64,000 nt of DNA from Dehalococcoidia bacterium (GCA_965247585.1 CBDFHC010000002.1:61633-125632), one strand, 5' to 3'. Shown: positions 1 through 10,174, counted from the stretch's first letter. Numbers and translations are program-made. Notes: generated by a model from the letters alone, not told the origin.

Positions 1-54
1 GAACGAGGCTTTGTAGGGAAGGCGCGGCGGGGGTTAGGGCGGAGCGGCGGTTCG

Positions 55-83
55 TTGACACTGTGGGGGGCTAAAACTAGAAT
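55..83 (+). promoter_or_regulatory. sigma70-type promoter
   Basis: TTGACA (55-60), 17-bp spacer, TAGAAT (78-83), upstream of the first operon. Confidence 0.75.
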
Positions 84-112
84 GTGGCCGTCGCTCAGGC
101 GCAAATTGGAGA

Positions 113-985
113 GTGGGAATGACGGTCCGGGCTGACCTCAAAAGGAAGCTGCTTTCCGGGGAGACTATTGTGGCGCCGGGGGCCTACGACCCGATATCAG
201 CGAGGGTTGTGAGGTCGCTGGGGTTCGAGGCGGTGTACACCGGCGGCTACATGTCCGGGGCGCACCTGGCGGTGAGCGAGCCGCTGATGACGATGACGGA
301 GCAGGTGGATGTGGCGCGCCGGGTGGCAATGGCAGGCGGGCTGCCGGTGATATGCGACGCCGGAGCGGGGTACGGCAACCCGGTGCACACCATGCGCTGC
401 GTTCGTGAGTTCGAGAACGCGGGGATTGCCGCGATCCACATCGAAGACCAGGTGTACCCGAAGCGGGCGTCCTACCACAAAGGGCTGGAGCACATCACCC
501 CGCTGGACGAGTTCCAGGCGAAGATCAGGTTCAGTCTCCAGGCGCGCCGGGACGCGGACTTTATCATTATTGGGCGGACGGATGCGTTTTCCGCGGTGGA
601 GGGGTCGCCAGAGGAGGCGGTGCGGCGGGGAGAGGCGCTTAAGGATATGGGGGTGGACGCGATCTTCTTTCGAGGGGCGACGAAGAGGGATGACCTGGCG
701 TATTTTCGGAAGGAAGTGCCGGACATACCGCTGCTGGTGATCGGAGGGGTGGAAGATATTTCGGTGGAAGAGTACGAGAGGCTAGGGTACCAGATTATCA
801 TTTACGCGATCACGCCAATTGTGTCTACGGTGGAGGCGTTGCGCCGCAACTACCAGGCGTTGAAGGATACGGGGGTGACCGCGATTGACCCCAAGGAAAT
901 GGCGGGTTTGAGGCAAGGAGTGGAGGAGTTGATAAGCCTTCCCGAGTACTACCAAGTGGAGGCAGAAACCACCGAGCGAGGGTAA
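113..985 (+). CDS. isocitrate lyase/PEP mutase superfamily enzyme (PrpB-like)
   Basis: APGAYD, YTGG, DAGAGYG, HIEDQ..PKR and IIGRTDA motifs; the usual KRCGH loop reads KRASYH. Confidence 0.85.
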   Translation: MGMTVRADLKRKLLSGETIVAPGAYDPISARVVRSLGFEAVYTGGYMSGAHLAVSEPLMTMTEQVDVARRVAMAGGLPVICDAGAGYGNPVHTMRCVREFENAGIAAIHIEDQVYPKRASYHKGLEHITPLDEFQAKIRFSLQARRDADFIIIGRTDAFSAVEGSPEEAVRRGEALKDMGVDAIFFRGATKRDDLAYFRKEVPDIPLLVIGGVEDISVEEYERLGYQIIIYAITPIVSTVEALRRNYQALKDTGVTAIDPKEMAGLRQGVEELISLPEYYQVEAETTERG

Positions 986-1076
986 GAGAGAAGCGTGGAT
1001 GGCCGGACCGGGAGCGAGAGTATATAGGCCGGTTTGGCCTCGTATGGAGCCCAAAGGTATAAGGAGGCAAGGAATA

Positions 1077-2525
1077 GTGGATACGATAATTAAGGGCGGG
1101 AAAGTTGTAACGCCGGCGGGCGCGGGAGACTGGGAGGTTGGGATAGAGGGGGAGAAGATTGTGGCTGTGACGCTGCCGGGAGTGCTTTCCAGCGAAGGGG
1201 TGAAGGTGATTGACGCCACCGGCAAGATAGTGGTGCCCGGCGGGGTTGAGGCGCACGCGCACGCCGCAGCGAACGTGCAGCCTGGCGCGCCGGAGCTGGT
1301 GGCGGGAACGCCCAACGCCGGACCGGCGGTGCATTCGATAGGGGCCATCTGGGGCGGGACCACCACGGTGGTGGACTTCGCGCCGGCGCCGAACGATGGA
1401 GACCTGGCCGCGGGGATACATAGCTACCTGGAGCCGTGGAAGGGCAACGCGTACACGGACTACTCGGCCCACGCTATTTTCACCAGCAAGAACACGCCGG
1501 ACTCGATTGCCCGCTTCGGGGAGCTGGTATCAGCAGGTTTCCCTAGCGTGAAGATATTCACCACGGACATAAGGCCCCCGGAGGCGAGGGGGTTGACGTT
1601 GACACCGGTGGGCCGAATCGACACGGGGCGGCTGGACGACCTGATGCGGCAGATTTCGCGGCACGGGGGCGTGCTGGCGGTGCACGGGGAAGACGATGAG
1701 CTGGTGATGTACAACTATCTGATGGCAAAGCAGCGGGGCCAGTGGGAGTGGTACAACGCGAATCTGATCCACTCAAAGACGGTGGAGCACCTGGCGTTCC
1801 GGCACGTGGTACACCTGGCGGAGCGTACGGGCGCCGGGACGTACTTCGTTCACGTGACGGGCAACGACGGGATGAACGCCATTGCGGAGGCGCGGAGCCG
1901 GGGGTTGCCTGTGTATGGAGAGGTGCTTACGCTGGCGCTTTCGTTCAACGCCGAGAATTACAAGGAAGCGGACGGTATGAAGTACCACACCTATCCTTCG
2001 CTGAAGTACGAAGAGGACCGGCAGGACCTTTGGAGCGGGCTGATGCGGCATGACCTTTCGTTCACCGCCACGGACAGCAGCTTCACGACATACATCGACA
2101 AGACGGCGGGGAAGAACGTGATGGATATGAGGGGTGGAAACGCGGGAATTGAGATTCGGATGGGCGTGAACTATGTTGACGCGGTGGTGAAGCGGGGAAT
2201 GTCACTTGAGCGGTTCGCCGATGTGACGTCCAGCAACCCGGCCAAGCTGCTGGGCTTTTACCCCAGGAAGGGGGCGATTGCGGTGGGCAGTGACGCGGAT
2301 ATCACGATCATTGACCCGGAGGTCAAGAAGAAGCTGACCAACGATGACTTGCACGTGAGAGACTATAGCGCCTGGGATGGGTGGGACGTGCAGGGGTGGC
2401 CCACCACGGTGATGCTGAGGGGGACGGTGATGGTGGATAACGGCAAGCTGTTGGGGAGCCCGGACCACGGGCAGCTAATTCCCCGGAAGGTGGAGCAGTC
2501 CGTGATTCAGAAGCCGGCGTTCTAG
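1077..2525 (+). CDS. dihydropyrimidinase/hydantoinase-like cyclic amidohydrolase
   Basis: IIKGGKVV start after AAGGAGG RBS; EAHAH, GGTTTVVDF, VKIF, VHGE, VHVT, NPAKLLGFYPRKGAIAVGSDAD. Confidence 0.85.
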   Translation: MDTIIKGGKVVTPAGAGDWEVGIEGEKIVAVTLPGVLSSEGVKVIDATGKIVVPGGVEAHAHAAANVQPGAPELVAGTPNAGPAVHSIGAIWGGTTTVVDFAPAPNDGDLAAGIHSYLEPWKGNAYTDYSAHAIFTSKNTPDSIARFGELVSAGFPSVKIFTTDIRPPEARGLTLTPVGRIDTGRLDDLMRQISRHGGVLAVHGEDDELVMYNYLMAKQRGQWEWYNANLIHSKTVEHLAFRHVVHLAERTGAGTYFVHVTGNDGMNAIAEARSRGLPVYGEVLTLALSFNAENYKEADGMKYHTYPSLKYEEDRQDLWSGLMRHDLSFTATDSSFTTYIDKTAGKNVMDMRGGNAGIEIRMGVNYVDAVVKRGMSLERFADVTSSNPAKLLGFYPRKGAIAVGSDADITIIDPEVKKKLTNDDLHVRDYSAWDGWDVQGWPTTVMLRGTVMVDNGKLLGSPDHGQLIPRKVEQSVIQKPAF

Positions 2526-2581
2526 GTGGCGGATGGCGGGCGCATGGAGACGGGTCGAGTTGGTTAACACCGGAGGAAGAT

Positions 2582-2767
2582 ATGGCAGACTTGAATCAGA
2601 AAGAGATACAGTCGTTGGGCCGGGCGGTGGGGCTGGATATCCAGGAGCCGGACCTGACCGAGGTGATGCACAGCCTGAACGCGATGCTTGAGGCCTTGGA
2701 CAATATCAACCCGCCGGGGTTGGAGAAGGTGGAGCCGTTGCCGATTATCCTGCCGCCGCAGGATTAG
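2582..2767 (+). CDS. small GatC/AtzG-like amidase partner protein
   Basis: 61 aa with GGAGG RBS, directly before an amidase, ends VEPLP; paralog at 38927-39115. Confidence 0.7.
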   Translation: MADLNQKEIQSLGRAVGLDIQEPDLTEVMHSLNAMLEALDNINPPGLEKVEPLPIILPPQD

Positions 2768-2830
2768 GGTGGCTAAGATGGCCCGGCGAGGCTGTGCTGA
2801 ATCAGATGTCCACGGAAAGGGGATGCGGCT

Positions 2831-4237
2831 ATGAACAGGTCTGAGATTCCCTATTTTTCCACGGCGGAGTTGTCCCGCTTGATTGAGGCGAAAGAGCTAT
2901 CCCCGGTGGAGGCCACGGAGGCGTACCTGGACCGTATTGATGGGCTGGACTTTCAGTACAACGCATATCTGACGGTGTGCCGTGACGAGGCGATGGCGGC
3001 GGCACGGGAGGCGGAGGCGGAGATAGCCGGGGGGAACTATCGAGGGCCGATGCACGGCGTTCCGGTGGCGGTGAAAGACCAGTTCTGGACCAAGGGAATA
3101 CGGTCCACGGGGGCTTCCCGCATTCTGATGGACTTTGTGCCGGACGAGGACGCCACCGTGGTAACGAATCTGAAAAATGCGGGCGCGGTGCTGTTGGGAA
3201 AGACCAACATGACTGAGTTCGCGATAACGGGGTTTTCGCACCGGTTCAGCACGCCGAGGAACCCGTGGGACGTGAACATGTACGTTGGGGGTTCCAGCAG
3301 CGGGTCCGGGGCGGCCACGGCGGCATTTCTCTGCGCGACGTCTTTGGGGGAGGACACGGGTGGGTCGATCCGGTTCCCGGCGACGTGGTGCGGCCTGGCG
3401 GGACACCGGCCAACGTGGGGTCTGGTGAGCCGTCACGGCGTAATGCCGGGGGTCTGGTCGATGGACACGGTGGGGCCTATCTCGCGGACGGTGGAGGACG
3501 CGGCCATAACCCTGAGCGCCATTGCCGGGCACGAGCCGCGGGACCCGTACAGCAGCAACGCGCCGGTGCCGGACTACCGGAGCGCGCTAACGGGTGATGT
3601 AAGAGGTCTGCGGGTAGGGGTTATCAGTGAGCAGATGAACAGCGAGTTGGTGGAGCAGGAAACGCGCGACGCGGTCCTAAAAGCCATAGCTGTGGTGGGG
3701 GAGTTGGGGGCCACGGTGGAGGAGGTGTCGCTGCCGCTGAGTAGCTACGCGGCGGCAATATCCGGGGTGCTGCTGGCGGTGGAGCCGGCGGCTAACCACC
3801 GCGAATGGATCCGGGAGCGGAAAGGCGAGTACGGCCACGATAACCGGATAGGGCTGCTAACCGGGAGCATTGTGCCGGCGCAGACCTATTACAAGGCGCA
3901 GCGGCTGCGGAGCATGCTGCGGCAGCAGGTGCACGAAGCGTTGGAGCGGTACGACGTGCTGGTGCTGCCAACCTCCGGGAAAACGGCGCAGCCGGTGACG
4001 GAGGACCCGCCGATAACCAGTAAGGCGACGGCGGGGAGGCTGCCGTATCTACTGACGCGCATTTTCAACCTGTCCAGCGCGCCGGCGGTGACGGTGCCGT
4101 GCGGTTTTGACTCCAAGGGGTTGCCCATTGGACTTCAGATTGGCGGGCGGCCCGGGGACGATGCCACGGTGCTGAGGGTTGCCCATGCGTACGAGCAGAG
4201 CACGCCATGGCACACGATGAGGCCACCTTTCGCGTGA
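2831..4237 (+). CDS. amidase signature family protein (GatA/AtzE-like)
   Basis: AVKD, GKTNMTEFA, GGSSSGS, DTGGSIR (Ser-cisSer-Lys triad). Confidence 0.9.
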   Translation: MNRSEIPYFSTAELSRLIEAKELSPVEATEAYLDRIDGLDFQYNAYLTVCRDEAMAAAREAEAEIAGGNYRGPMHGVPVAVKDQFWTKGIRSTGASRILMDFVPDEDATVVTNLKNAGAVLLGKTNMTEFAITGFSHRFSTPRNPWDVNMYVGGSSSGSGAATAAFLCATSLGEDTGGSIRFPATWCGLAGHRPTWGLVSRHGVMPGVWSMDTVGPISRTVEDAAITLSAIAGHEPRDPYSSNAPVPDYRSALTGDVRGLRVGVISEQMNSELVEQETRDAVLKAIAVVGELGATVEEVSLPLSSYAAAISGVLLAVEPAANHREWIRERKGEYGHDNRIGLLTGSIVPAQTYYKAQRLRSMLRQQVHEALERYDVLVLPTSGKTAQPVTEDPPITSKATAGRLPYLLTRIFNLSSAPAVTVPCGFDSKGLPIGLQIGGRPGDDATVLRVAHAYEQSTPWHTMRPPFA

Positions 4238-4259
4238 GGGCGACTGTACATGCTCGTGG

Positions 4260-4778
4260 ATGGAGCTAGCCGCTAAGATGGTGGAGGCAGCCGAGGACGC
4301 CGCCAAGAAGGTGGTGGAGGCGCTGGAAGCGCTGGGCATAGCTTACGAGTTGTTGGACTGCGACCCGGACTTCGCGGACACCGCGGCATTTTGCCAGCGG
4401 TACGGCTATCCGCCGGAGAACTCAGGCAACACGATCATTGTAGGATCGCGTCGAGAGCCGAAGCAGTACTCGGCCTGCGTGGTGCAGGCGTCGCGAAGGC
4501 TAGACGTCAACAAGACGGTACGTCGGCTGATGGGCGTGCGGAGGCTGTCGTTCGCCACGGCGGAGGAGACCCAGGCGCTGACGGGGATGGCGATAGGCGG
4601 GGTGACGGCCTTCAACCTGCCGGAGGGGCTGCCGCTATACATAGACGGGGAACTGATGGCGGCGGAGTACGTTATCCTGGGGTCAGGAAGCCGGTCGTCC
4701 AAGGTTAAGGTGTCTCCTGGGGTGCTGCGGGCGCTGCCGGGAGCCACGGTGGTGCCGGACCTATCGATGCCGGGCTAG
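4260..4778 (+). CDS. YbaK/EbsC family protein (aminoacyl-tRNA deacylase-like)
   Basis: LSFATAEETQALTGMAIGGVTAF, GSGSRSSK; start could be 4278. Confidence 0.8.
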   Translation: MELAAKMVEAAEDAAKKVVEALEALGIAYELLDCDPDFADTAAFCQRYGYPPENSGNTIIVGSRREPKQYSACVVQASRRLDVNKTVRRLMGVRRLSFATAEETQALTGMAIGGVTAFNLPEGLPLYIDGELMAAEYVILGSGSRSSKVKVSPGVLRALPGATVVPDLSMPG

Positions 4779-4798
4779 GTAAAGGGACTGGCGGGGAG

Positions 4799-5119
4799 CT
4801 ATCGGACCACGGACTTGGCGGTGGGCTCCATCCTGGTGACGACGATCTTATCTCTAAACAGCATGTCCGGGATTTTGGGGGCGATTTCGTTCTTCCAATG
4901 GTCGCTCTCGTAGACGTCCTTGTATAGCCTCTCGCGGTCGGACTCGCTGTCGAAGCGGCGAATCCAGACGTATAGGTCGTCTTCCTCCTGGCCGACGAAG
5001 CTGCCGGAAATCACCATTCCCTGGGCCACCTGAAAGGGGATGATGACCTCTTCCATGTACTTGACCCAGTTTTCCCGCTGGCCGGGGCGGGTGCGGTATT
5101 GGCGCAATTCAAAAAACAT
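4799..5119 (-). CDS. NIPSNAP family protein
   Basis: FFELRQYRTRPG start, YVWIRRF, 106 aa, GGAGG RBS. Confidence 0.85.
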   Translation of the reverse strand: MFFELRQYRTRPGQRENWVKYMEEVIIPFQVAQGMVISGSFVGQEEDDLYVWIRRFDSESDRERLYKDVYESDHWKNEIAPKIPDMLFRDKIVVTRMEPTAKSVVR

Positions 5120-5236
5120 CTTTTCCTCCCTGGTCGGCGGGAGTATATCATGCGTGGTGGCTGTTACCGTGGATTGATGGTGTCTGTAGATGGGACGAGT
5201 CAGCTATGGCGATGGGTGTTGCCACAGAGGGTTGCG

Positions 5237-5347
5237 AATCACAGGTTTGTGGTTCCCACCATCCCGCCCAGGAAGGTTAGTAAAGAATATCTTGAGGGAC
5301 ACCCTCAGACTCCCGCCAGAATGGGCTAGCCCCCTCTGGACTCCCCC
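5237..5347 (+). repeat. intergenic palindromic repeat locus (modules A+B)
   Basis: AATCACAGG..GGTTCCCACC..CCCGCCC.GGAAGGTT then GAGGGACACCCTCAGACTCCCGCCAGA..CTCTGGACTCCCC; near-identical to 10063-10174. Confidence 0.85.
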
Positions 5348-5390
5348 GAGGGGCTTATTGAGCGGATGAATACAAACTCGGCGAGGGCGA

Positions 5391-6698
5391 TTGGGTAGGC
5401 TAAACGCCGCGCTAGGCTGGCGGCCGCCGGTCCCGTTTTACTATGGCTGGCTCATCATGGGAATGGCGGCGGTGGGGACGTTTGCCGGCACGGGGCTCTC
5501 CCAGGTGGTGATAGGGGGTATTCAGGACTTCATCCTGGATGATACGGGGTGGAACCGGAGGTCTTTGGCGCTGGCGGTAACCGCCGGTACGTGGCTATCC
5601 GGGCTGATAGGGCCGCTGATGGGCCTCCTGGCGGACCGGTTAGGGCCGAGATGGCTGATGCCCATGGGCGCGGCGCTGGTGGGGGTGGCTTTCTTTATCC
5701 TGGCGGGAGCTCACAACTTCGGGCTCTTTTTCGGCGTGTACGTGGTGGGGAGGAGTATCAGCAACACGACGCTGATAGGGATAGTTCCCAGGACAGCGGC
5801 GGTGAATTTCTTCCGGCGCCGGAGAAATATAGCCCTGGCGATAACATCCACGTTTCGGCCGGTGAGCAGCGCGATTAACATTCAGGTGGTGTCGCTGTTC
5901 GTGGTGTTCGCGGGATGGCGCGCGGCCTACTGGTTCCTAGGAATCGTGAGCCTGTCGCTGATAGTACCGCTGGCGGTGGTGATGCGGAGACGGCCGGAGG
6001 ACATAGGGCTGCTGCCCGACGGGGCAGTTGAGGGGGAGGAAGGACGGCGTCCCGGCGGTGGGGAACGAGGCGCGCCTAGAAGCGGCGGAGCGGCGGCGGA
6101 GGTTAGCTGGTCCGCAGGCAGGGCAATTCGAACCAGCACCTTCTGGCTGATCGGGATGTCAGTGGTGTTTGGTATTTTGGCGTCGTCAACGCTGAGCTTC
6201 AGCATGGTGCCGTATCTTCGGAATGAAGTGGGCATCTCCACGGCCCAGGCCACAGGGGTGCTGAGCCTGAGCACGTTTCTGGCGCTAGTAGTGGTGGGAT
6301 GGGGCTACGCAGCGGACCGGGTGACGCCCCGGCTGCTGCTGTTGATGGCGCTGCCCGCAGCGACGGTGATGACGCTGTTTCTGCTGGCGGTGGACTCACT
6401 GGTTATGGCGTATGTATTCGGAGTTATCTGGGGGGGCTTCGCCGGGGCGCTGGGGGTGCTGGAGCAGATGCTGCTGGCGCGGTACTTTGGGCGAGGGTCT
6501 TACGGTGCGATCACGGGGGCGATGGCGCCGATGCAGATGGTGGCGCTGGGACTGGGGCCGACGCTAGCGGCGGTACTGAGCGAGGCGACGGGGGGCTACA
6601 CGGTGCAGTTCGTGATGGTGGCGGCGCTGTATCTGGCGGCGGGGGTGATGATATACCTGGCGAAACCGCCGTCACCGGCGGAGGCAGCGCGACGCTAG
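5391..6698 (+). CDS. MFS transporter
   Basis: FYYGW start, GLLADRLGPR motif A, about 12 hydrophobic segments, RRRPEDIGLLPDG linker. Confidence 0.88.
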   Translation: MGRLNAALGWRPPVPFYYGWLIMGMAAVGTFAGTGLSQVVIGGIQDFILDDTGWNRRSLALAVTAGTWLSGLIGPLMGLLADRLGPRWLMPMGAALVGVAFFILAGAHNFGLFFGVYVVGRSISNTTLIGIVPRTAAVNFFRRRRNIALAITSTFRPVSSAINIQVVSLFVVFAGWRAAYWFLGIVSLSLIVPLAVVMRRRPEDIGLLPDGAVEGEEGRRPGGGERGAPRSGGAAAEVSWSAGRAIRTSTFWLIGMSVVFGILASSTLSFSMVPYLRNEVGISTAQATGVLSLSTFLALVVVGWGYAADRVTPRLLLLMALPAATVMTLFLLAVDSLVMAYVFGVIWGGFAGALGVLEQMLLARYFGRGSYGAITGAMAPMQMVALGLGPTLAAVLSEATGGYTVQFVMVAALYLAAGVMIYLAKPPSPAEAARR

Positions 6699-7423
6699 AT
6701 TTGAAGCACCTCGAAGGCCACGGCGTAGTCGACGCCCAGGGCTTCGCCGCTAACGGAGGCGTTCCAGCGCAGCATTTCGTCCGGGTCCACCTGCTGCGAA
6801 AGATTTTTCAAGTAGACGGCGTGTTTTCGCAAGGACTCGACGCCTTTGTCCATAAAAGCGGTGACGTCCACGGCGTGAGTGGGCGACGGAGAGCCGGTGA
6901 CGAAGACCATTTTGACGCCGTCCCAGGGTTGATGACCCTCGTCCAGAAGCTCAGGGAAGATCCAGCGGTTGCCGGCGTCCCGGGCGGCGTCAAGGACCGC
7001 CAGGCCAGCCCAGCGGTGGTCCGCCATGTTGAGACGAACGCCGCCGTAGGTGAGGTGATGGCTCCCGCTGATGATGACGTCGGGCCGGTGCTTGCGGATA
7101 GCTCGGGCGATGTCACGGCGGAGGGGAAGGCCATACTCAAGGACACCGTCCCGGTAGTCAAGGAAATCAACGGTATGGACACCGACGACGGCGGCGCTCT
7201 CGACCTCTTCACGTTCCCGCAGCGGCGCGACCTGGTCCGGGGGCATTGAATCGATGCCAGCCTCGCCTCGGGTCAGCAGCAGATAGGCGACTTCCTTCCC
7301 CTGGGAGGTCCAGCGGGCCACCGCGCTGGCGGCGCCGTACTCCATGTCGTCTGGGTGGGCCGCTATGGCCAGAGCCTTGTTCCAGCTTTCGGGTAGGGGT
7401 TGAAGCCGTTTCTGTTGAGCCAA
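6695..7423 (-). CDS. PIG-L/LmbE family deacetylase
   Basis: AHPDDMEYG, TRGEAG, REREE, MADH motifs. Confidence 0.88.
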   Translation of the reverse strand: MAQQKRLQPLPESWNKALAIAAHPDDMEYGAASAVARWTSQGKEVAYLLLTRGEAGIDSMPPDQVAPLREREEVESAAVVGVHTVDFLDYRDGVLEYGLPLRRDIARAIRKHRPDVIISGSHHLTYGGVRLNMADHRWAGLAVLDAARDAGNRWIFPELLDEGHQPWDGVKMVFVTGSPSPTHAVDVTAFMDKGVESLRKHAVYLKNLSQQVDPDEMLRWNASVSGEALGVDYAVAFEVLQI

Positions 7424-7575
7424 TATTTGCTCCTCTGGTGGGATGGGCGTGAGCCTAAATGCCCTGGTTGGGCCGAGACATTTTTGCAGACGGGAGCCTC
7501 CGCCACAAGGCGGTAAGGATGATAGTTGCCTTTGATATACTCGAAAAGAGGGTAATGTGAACTTTCGAGGCGACG

Positions 7576-8214
7576 GTGAGTCCTAGAGAAGGTGAGCTGA
7601 GAATAGTGGTGGTGGCGGGCGACTCGCTGGCGCGGGCGGGGCTGGCCGCGCTGTTGGACGGGCGGCAAGGTTGCACGGTGGTGGGGCAGCTCAGTCACGA
7701 GGACGCATCCGCGAAGCAGGTAAACGTGTTCCGGCCCGAGGCGGTGGTGTGGGGCTTGGGCACTGAGTGGCAGGCGAACCTGAAAGGGCTGGCGGAGCTG
7801 ACCGATGAAGGCGTTCCGGTGCTGGCGCTGACGGTAGATGGCGAAGGAGTCGCGGAGGTATGGCACCGAGGCGTACGGGGGCTGTTGACCCGCGACACGG
7901 ACGCGGAGACGGTGGCCTCGGCGCTGAATGCGCTGGTGCGGGGTGTGGCGGTGCTGGACCCGGGGCTGTGGCCGCTGATTGCGTCGCAGGGAGAGGGCGG
8001 AATAGCGCGGCAGGACACCGGAATTACACCCAGGGAGCTAGAGGTGCTGGGGATTATGGCTGAGGGAGCTCCCAATAAGACGTTGGCGCTCCGGCTGGGT
8101 ATCAGCGAGCACACGGTGAAGTTTCACGTGAACTCGATTATGGGCAAGCTGGGTGCACAGAGCCGCACCGAGGCGGTGGTACTGGCCACCCGGTTAGGTC
8201 TTATTAGCCTTTAG
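7576..8214 (+). CDS. NarL/LuxR family response regulator (atypical receiver)
   Basis: C-terminal TPRELEVL..NK..A.RLGISEHTVKFHV HTH; receiver lacks an obvious phosphoacceptor Asp (AVVWG). Confidence 0.85.
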   Translation: MSPREGELRIVVVAGDSLARAGLAALLDGRQGCTVVGQLSHEDASAKQVNVFRPEAVVWGLGTEWQANLKGLAELTDEGVPVLALTVDGEGVAEVWHRGVRGLLTRDTDAETVASALNALVRGVAVLDPGLWPLIASQGEGGIARQDTGITPRELEVLGIMAEGAPNKTLALRLGISEHTVKFHVNSIMGKLGAQSRTEAVVLATRLGLISL

Positions 8215-8340
8215 CCCCCACTTTTTTCCGGGTTGCTTTTAGTTCTTACGTGCGGTGCCGCCGGGCGATATTCGAGCTAGTCTGTGAGTGCGGGTCTGAT
8301 GAAATAGAAATTCCCGCGTTGATTGGACAAGGAGGAGAGT

Positions 8341-9240
8341 ATGTCTAACGTACTAACGGAGCTATCCGACCAGATGGCGGACAGCGTGGCTGCCGCGGGG
8401 GCAGGAGTGGTGCGGGTAGAAGCGCGACGGCGGATACCGGCTACCGGGATAGTGTGGGGGGGAGACGGAGTCATTGTGACGTCGAATCACGGTGTGGAGC
8501 GAGACGACGGAATAACGGTTGGGCTGGACGGCGGAGAGGTAGGACCGGCGGAGTTGGTTGGCAGGGACCCGATGACGGACGTGGCGGTGCTGAGGCGCCG
8601 GGGAGCCGGGATGTCACCGATAGAATGGGCGGGACCGGAGGAGATACGGGTGGGGCAGATGGCGCTGGCGTTGGGGCGGCCGGGGGGAAGCCTCTCGGCG
8701 ACGCTGGGTGTAGTGAGCGTGGAGGGAAGGGAGTGGAGGACGCCGGGAGGGGGCCGGTTGGAGAGCTACGTGAGGACGGACGCGGCCATGTTGCCGGGAT
8801 TTTCCGGCGGTCCGCTAATGTCCGCGGGTGGAAAAGTAATTGGCTTGAACACTACCGGGCTGGTGCACGGCGCATCAGTGACCATCCTCTTGACGGATAT
8901 CCAGCGGGTGGTTGAGGCGCTGTTGGAGCATGGCCGAGTTCCGCGAGGGAGGCTGGGCGTGGCGGTGCAAGCGGTGAGGCTTCCGGAGGGTTTGTCTGAA
9001 AAGGCGGGTCAGGAGACGGGACTGCTAGCGATGTCAGTGGAGGCGGGGAGCCCGGCGGCGGAGGGCGGGTTACTACTGGGGGACACGCTGGTATCGCTGG
9101 AAGGCCAGAGTCTTCGCTTTCCGGACGAGCTTTTGGCGACGTTGGGCGGTGACCGGATAGGCCAGGAGGTTACCATCCGGCTGGTGAGGGGAGGAGCGTT
9201 GCAAGAGGTCCGGGTGCGGATTGGGGATAGTGGAGCATGA
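8341..9240 (+). CDS. S1C (HtrA-like) serine protease with PDZ domain
   Basis: VTSNH, TDVAV, PGFSGGP triad; C-terminal PDZ (GSPAAEGGL); AGGAGG RBS; no signal peptide. Confidence 0.85.
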   Translation: MSNVLTELSDQMADSVAAAGAGVVRVEARRRIPATGIVWGGDGVIVTSNHGVERDDGITVGLDGGEVGPAELVGRDPMTDVAVLRRRGAGMSPIEWAGPEEIRVGQMALALGRPGGSLSATLGVVSVEGREWRTPGGGRLESYVRTDAAMLPGFSGGPLMSAGGKVIGLNTTGLVHGASVTILLTDIQRVVEALLEHGRVPRGRLGVAVQAVRLPEGLSEKAGQETGLLAMSVEAGSPAAEGGLLLGDTLVSLEGQSLRFPDELLATLGGDRIGQEVTIRLVRGGALQEVRVRIGDSGA

Positions 9241-9884
9241 CCGGGATTGCAGCGGAGCTGACGATGCGATTAGATGCCTGTACGGGCAGGCTGGTTGATG
9301 AGGCGTTTCAGGGAATGGTGGGTATTCGGGACCAGCGTGGAGGCAGCGGAGCGGGGACGGTGTGGCACGCAGATGGTCTGGTGGTGACTAATAGCCACGT
9401 GGTGGGAGACGGTGAGCTGGAGATCCGGCTGCCGGGCGGTGGCGTGACGCGCGGAAAGGTGATAGCGAGGGAGCGTGACCTGGACCTGGCGGCGGTGATG
9501 GCGGAGGCTGAGAATCTGCACACCATTGCGCCAGGACGGTCCAGCGAATTGCGCGCGGGCCAGTGGGTGATGGCGTTGGGGTTTCCGTGGGGAGGTCTCG
9601 GCGCGGCGACGGCCGGTATGGTTGCCGAGGTTGGAGACGAGGCGCCGAGAGGATACAGGCCCCGGGGCGAGTGGGTGACGGTGAGCCTGCGGCTGAGGCC
9701 CGGTTATTCCGGCGGCCCGTTATTAGATGCAGCAGGACGGCTGGTGGGCGTGAATACGATGATGACGGGGCCGAACGCCGGGATGGCGGTGCCAGTACGC
9801 CAGGTTAAGGCGTTCCTGATGCGGGCGCTGGGGTTGGAAGGGACTGGCGCCGAGGAGGAGTCTCAGAGTTTGAGAGTAAATTGA
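9237..9884 (+). CDS. S1C trypsin-like serine protease without PDZ
   Basis: VTNSHVV, DLDLA, PGYSGGP; ATGA overlap with the upstream protease. Confidence 0.85.
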   Translation: MTGIAAELTMRLDACTGRLVDEAFQGMVGIRDQRGGSGAGTVWHADGLVVTNSHVVGDGELEIRLPGGGVTRGKVIARERDLDLAAVMAEAENLHTIAPGRSSELRAGQWVMALGFPWGGLGAATAGMVAEVGDEAPRGYRPRGEWVTVSLRLRPGYSGGPLLDAAGRLVGVNTMMTGPNAGMAVPVRQVKAFLMRALGLEGTGAEEESQSLRVN

Positions 9885-9892
9885 GTTGGATC

Positions 9893-10174
9893 AGCGATAG
9901 TGGGCGCAAGGGTTGGATGTGCTCTCCCCTCTCTACCAGATTCCTCGATCCTAAAGGACGGACTCGGAATCGATCATGTTGGCGACCAGCACCAGGAAGG
10001 ATGAAAATAGAGTGGCGGCTATCATCCATGGTGACCCGGCATAGCTATTACAAAGGATTGCAAATCACAGGCTGGTGGTTCCCACCGTCCCGCCCTGGAA
10101 GGTTTAAAAGACGAATTTCTGAGGGACACCCTCAGACTCCCGCCAGAGGGGGCCATCCCCCTCTGGACTCCCCC
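9893..10174 (+). repeat. composite intergenic repeat locus (modules C, D, A, B)
   Basis: shares GGGCGCAAGGGTTGGATGTGCTCTCCCC..CCAGATTCCT.GATCCT with 20701-20760 and GAATCGATCATGT..CCAGCACCAG..GGATGAAAA..GAGTGGCGGCTATCATCCATGGTGACC with 29041-29110. Confidence 0.85.

Noticed and set aside
2582-4237. gatC-gatA of the GatCAB amidotransferase
   Set aside because: No gatB, a paralogous pair exists at 37.5-39.1 kb, and the context is catabolic
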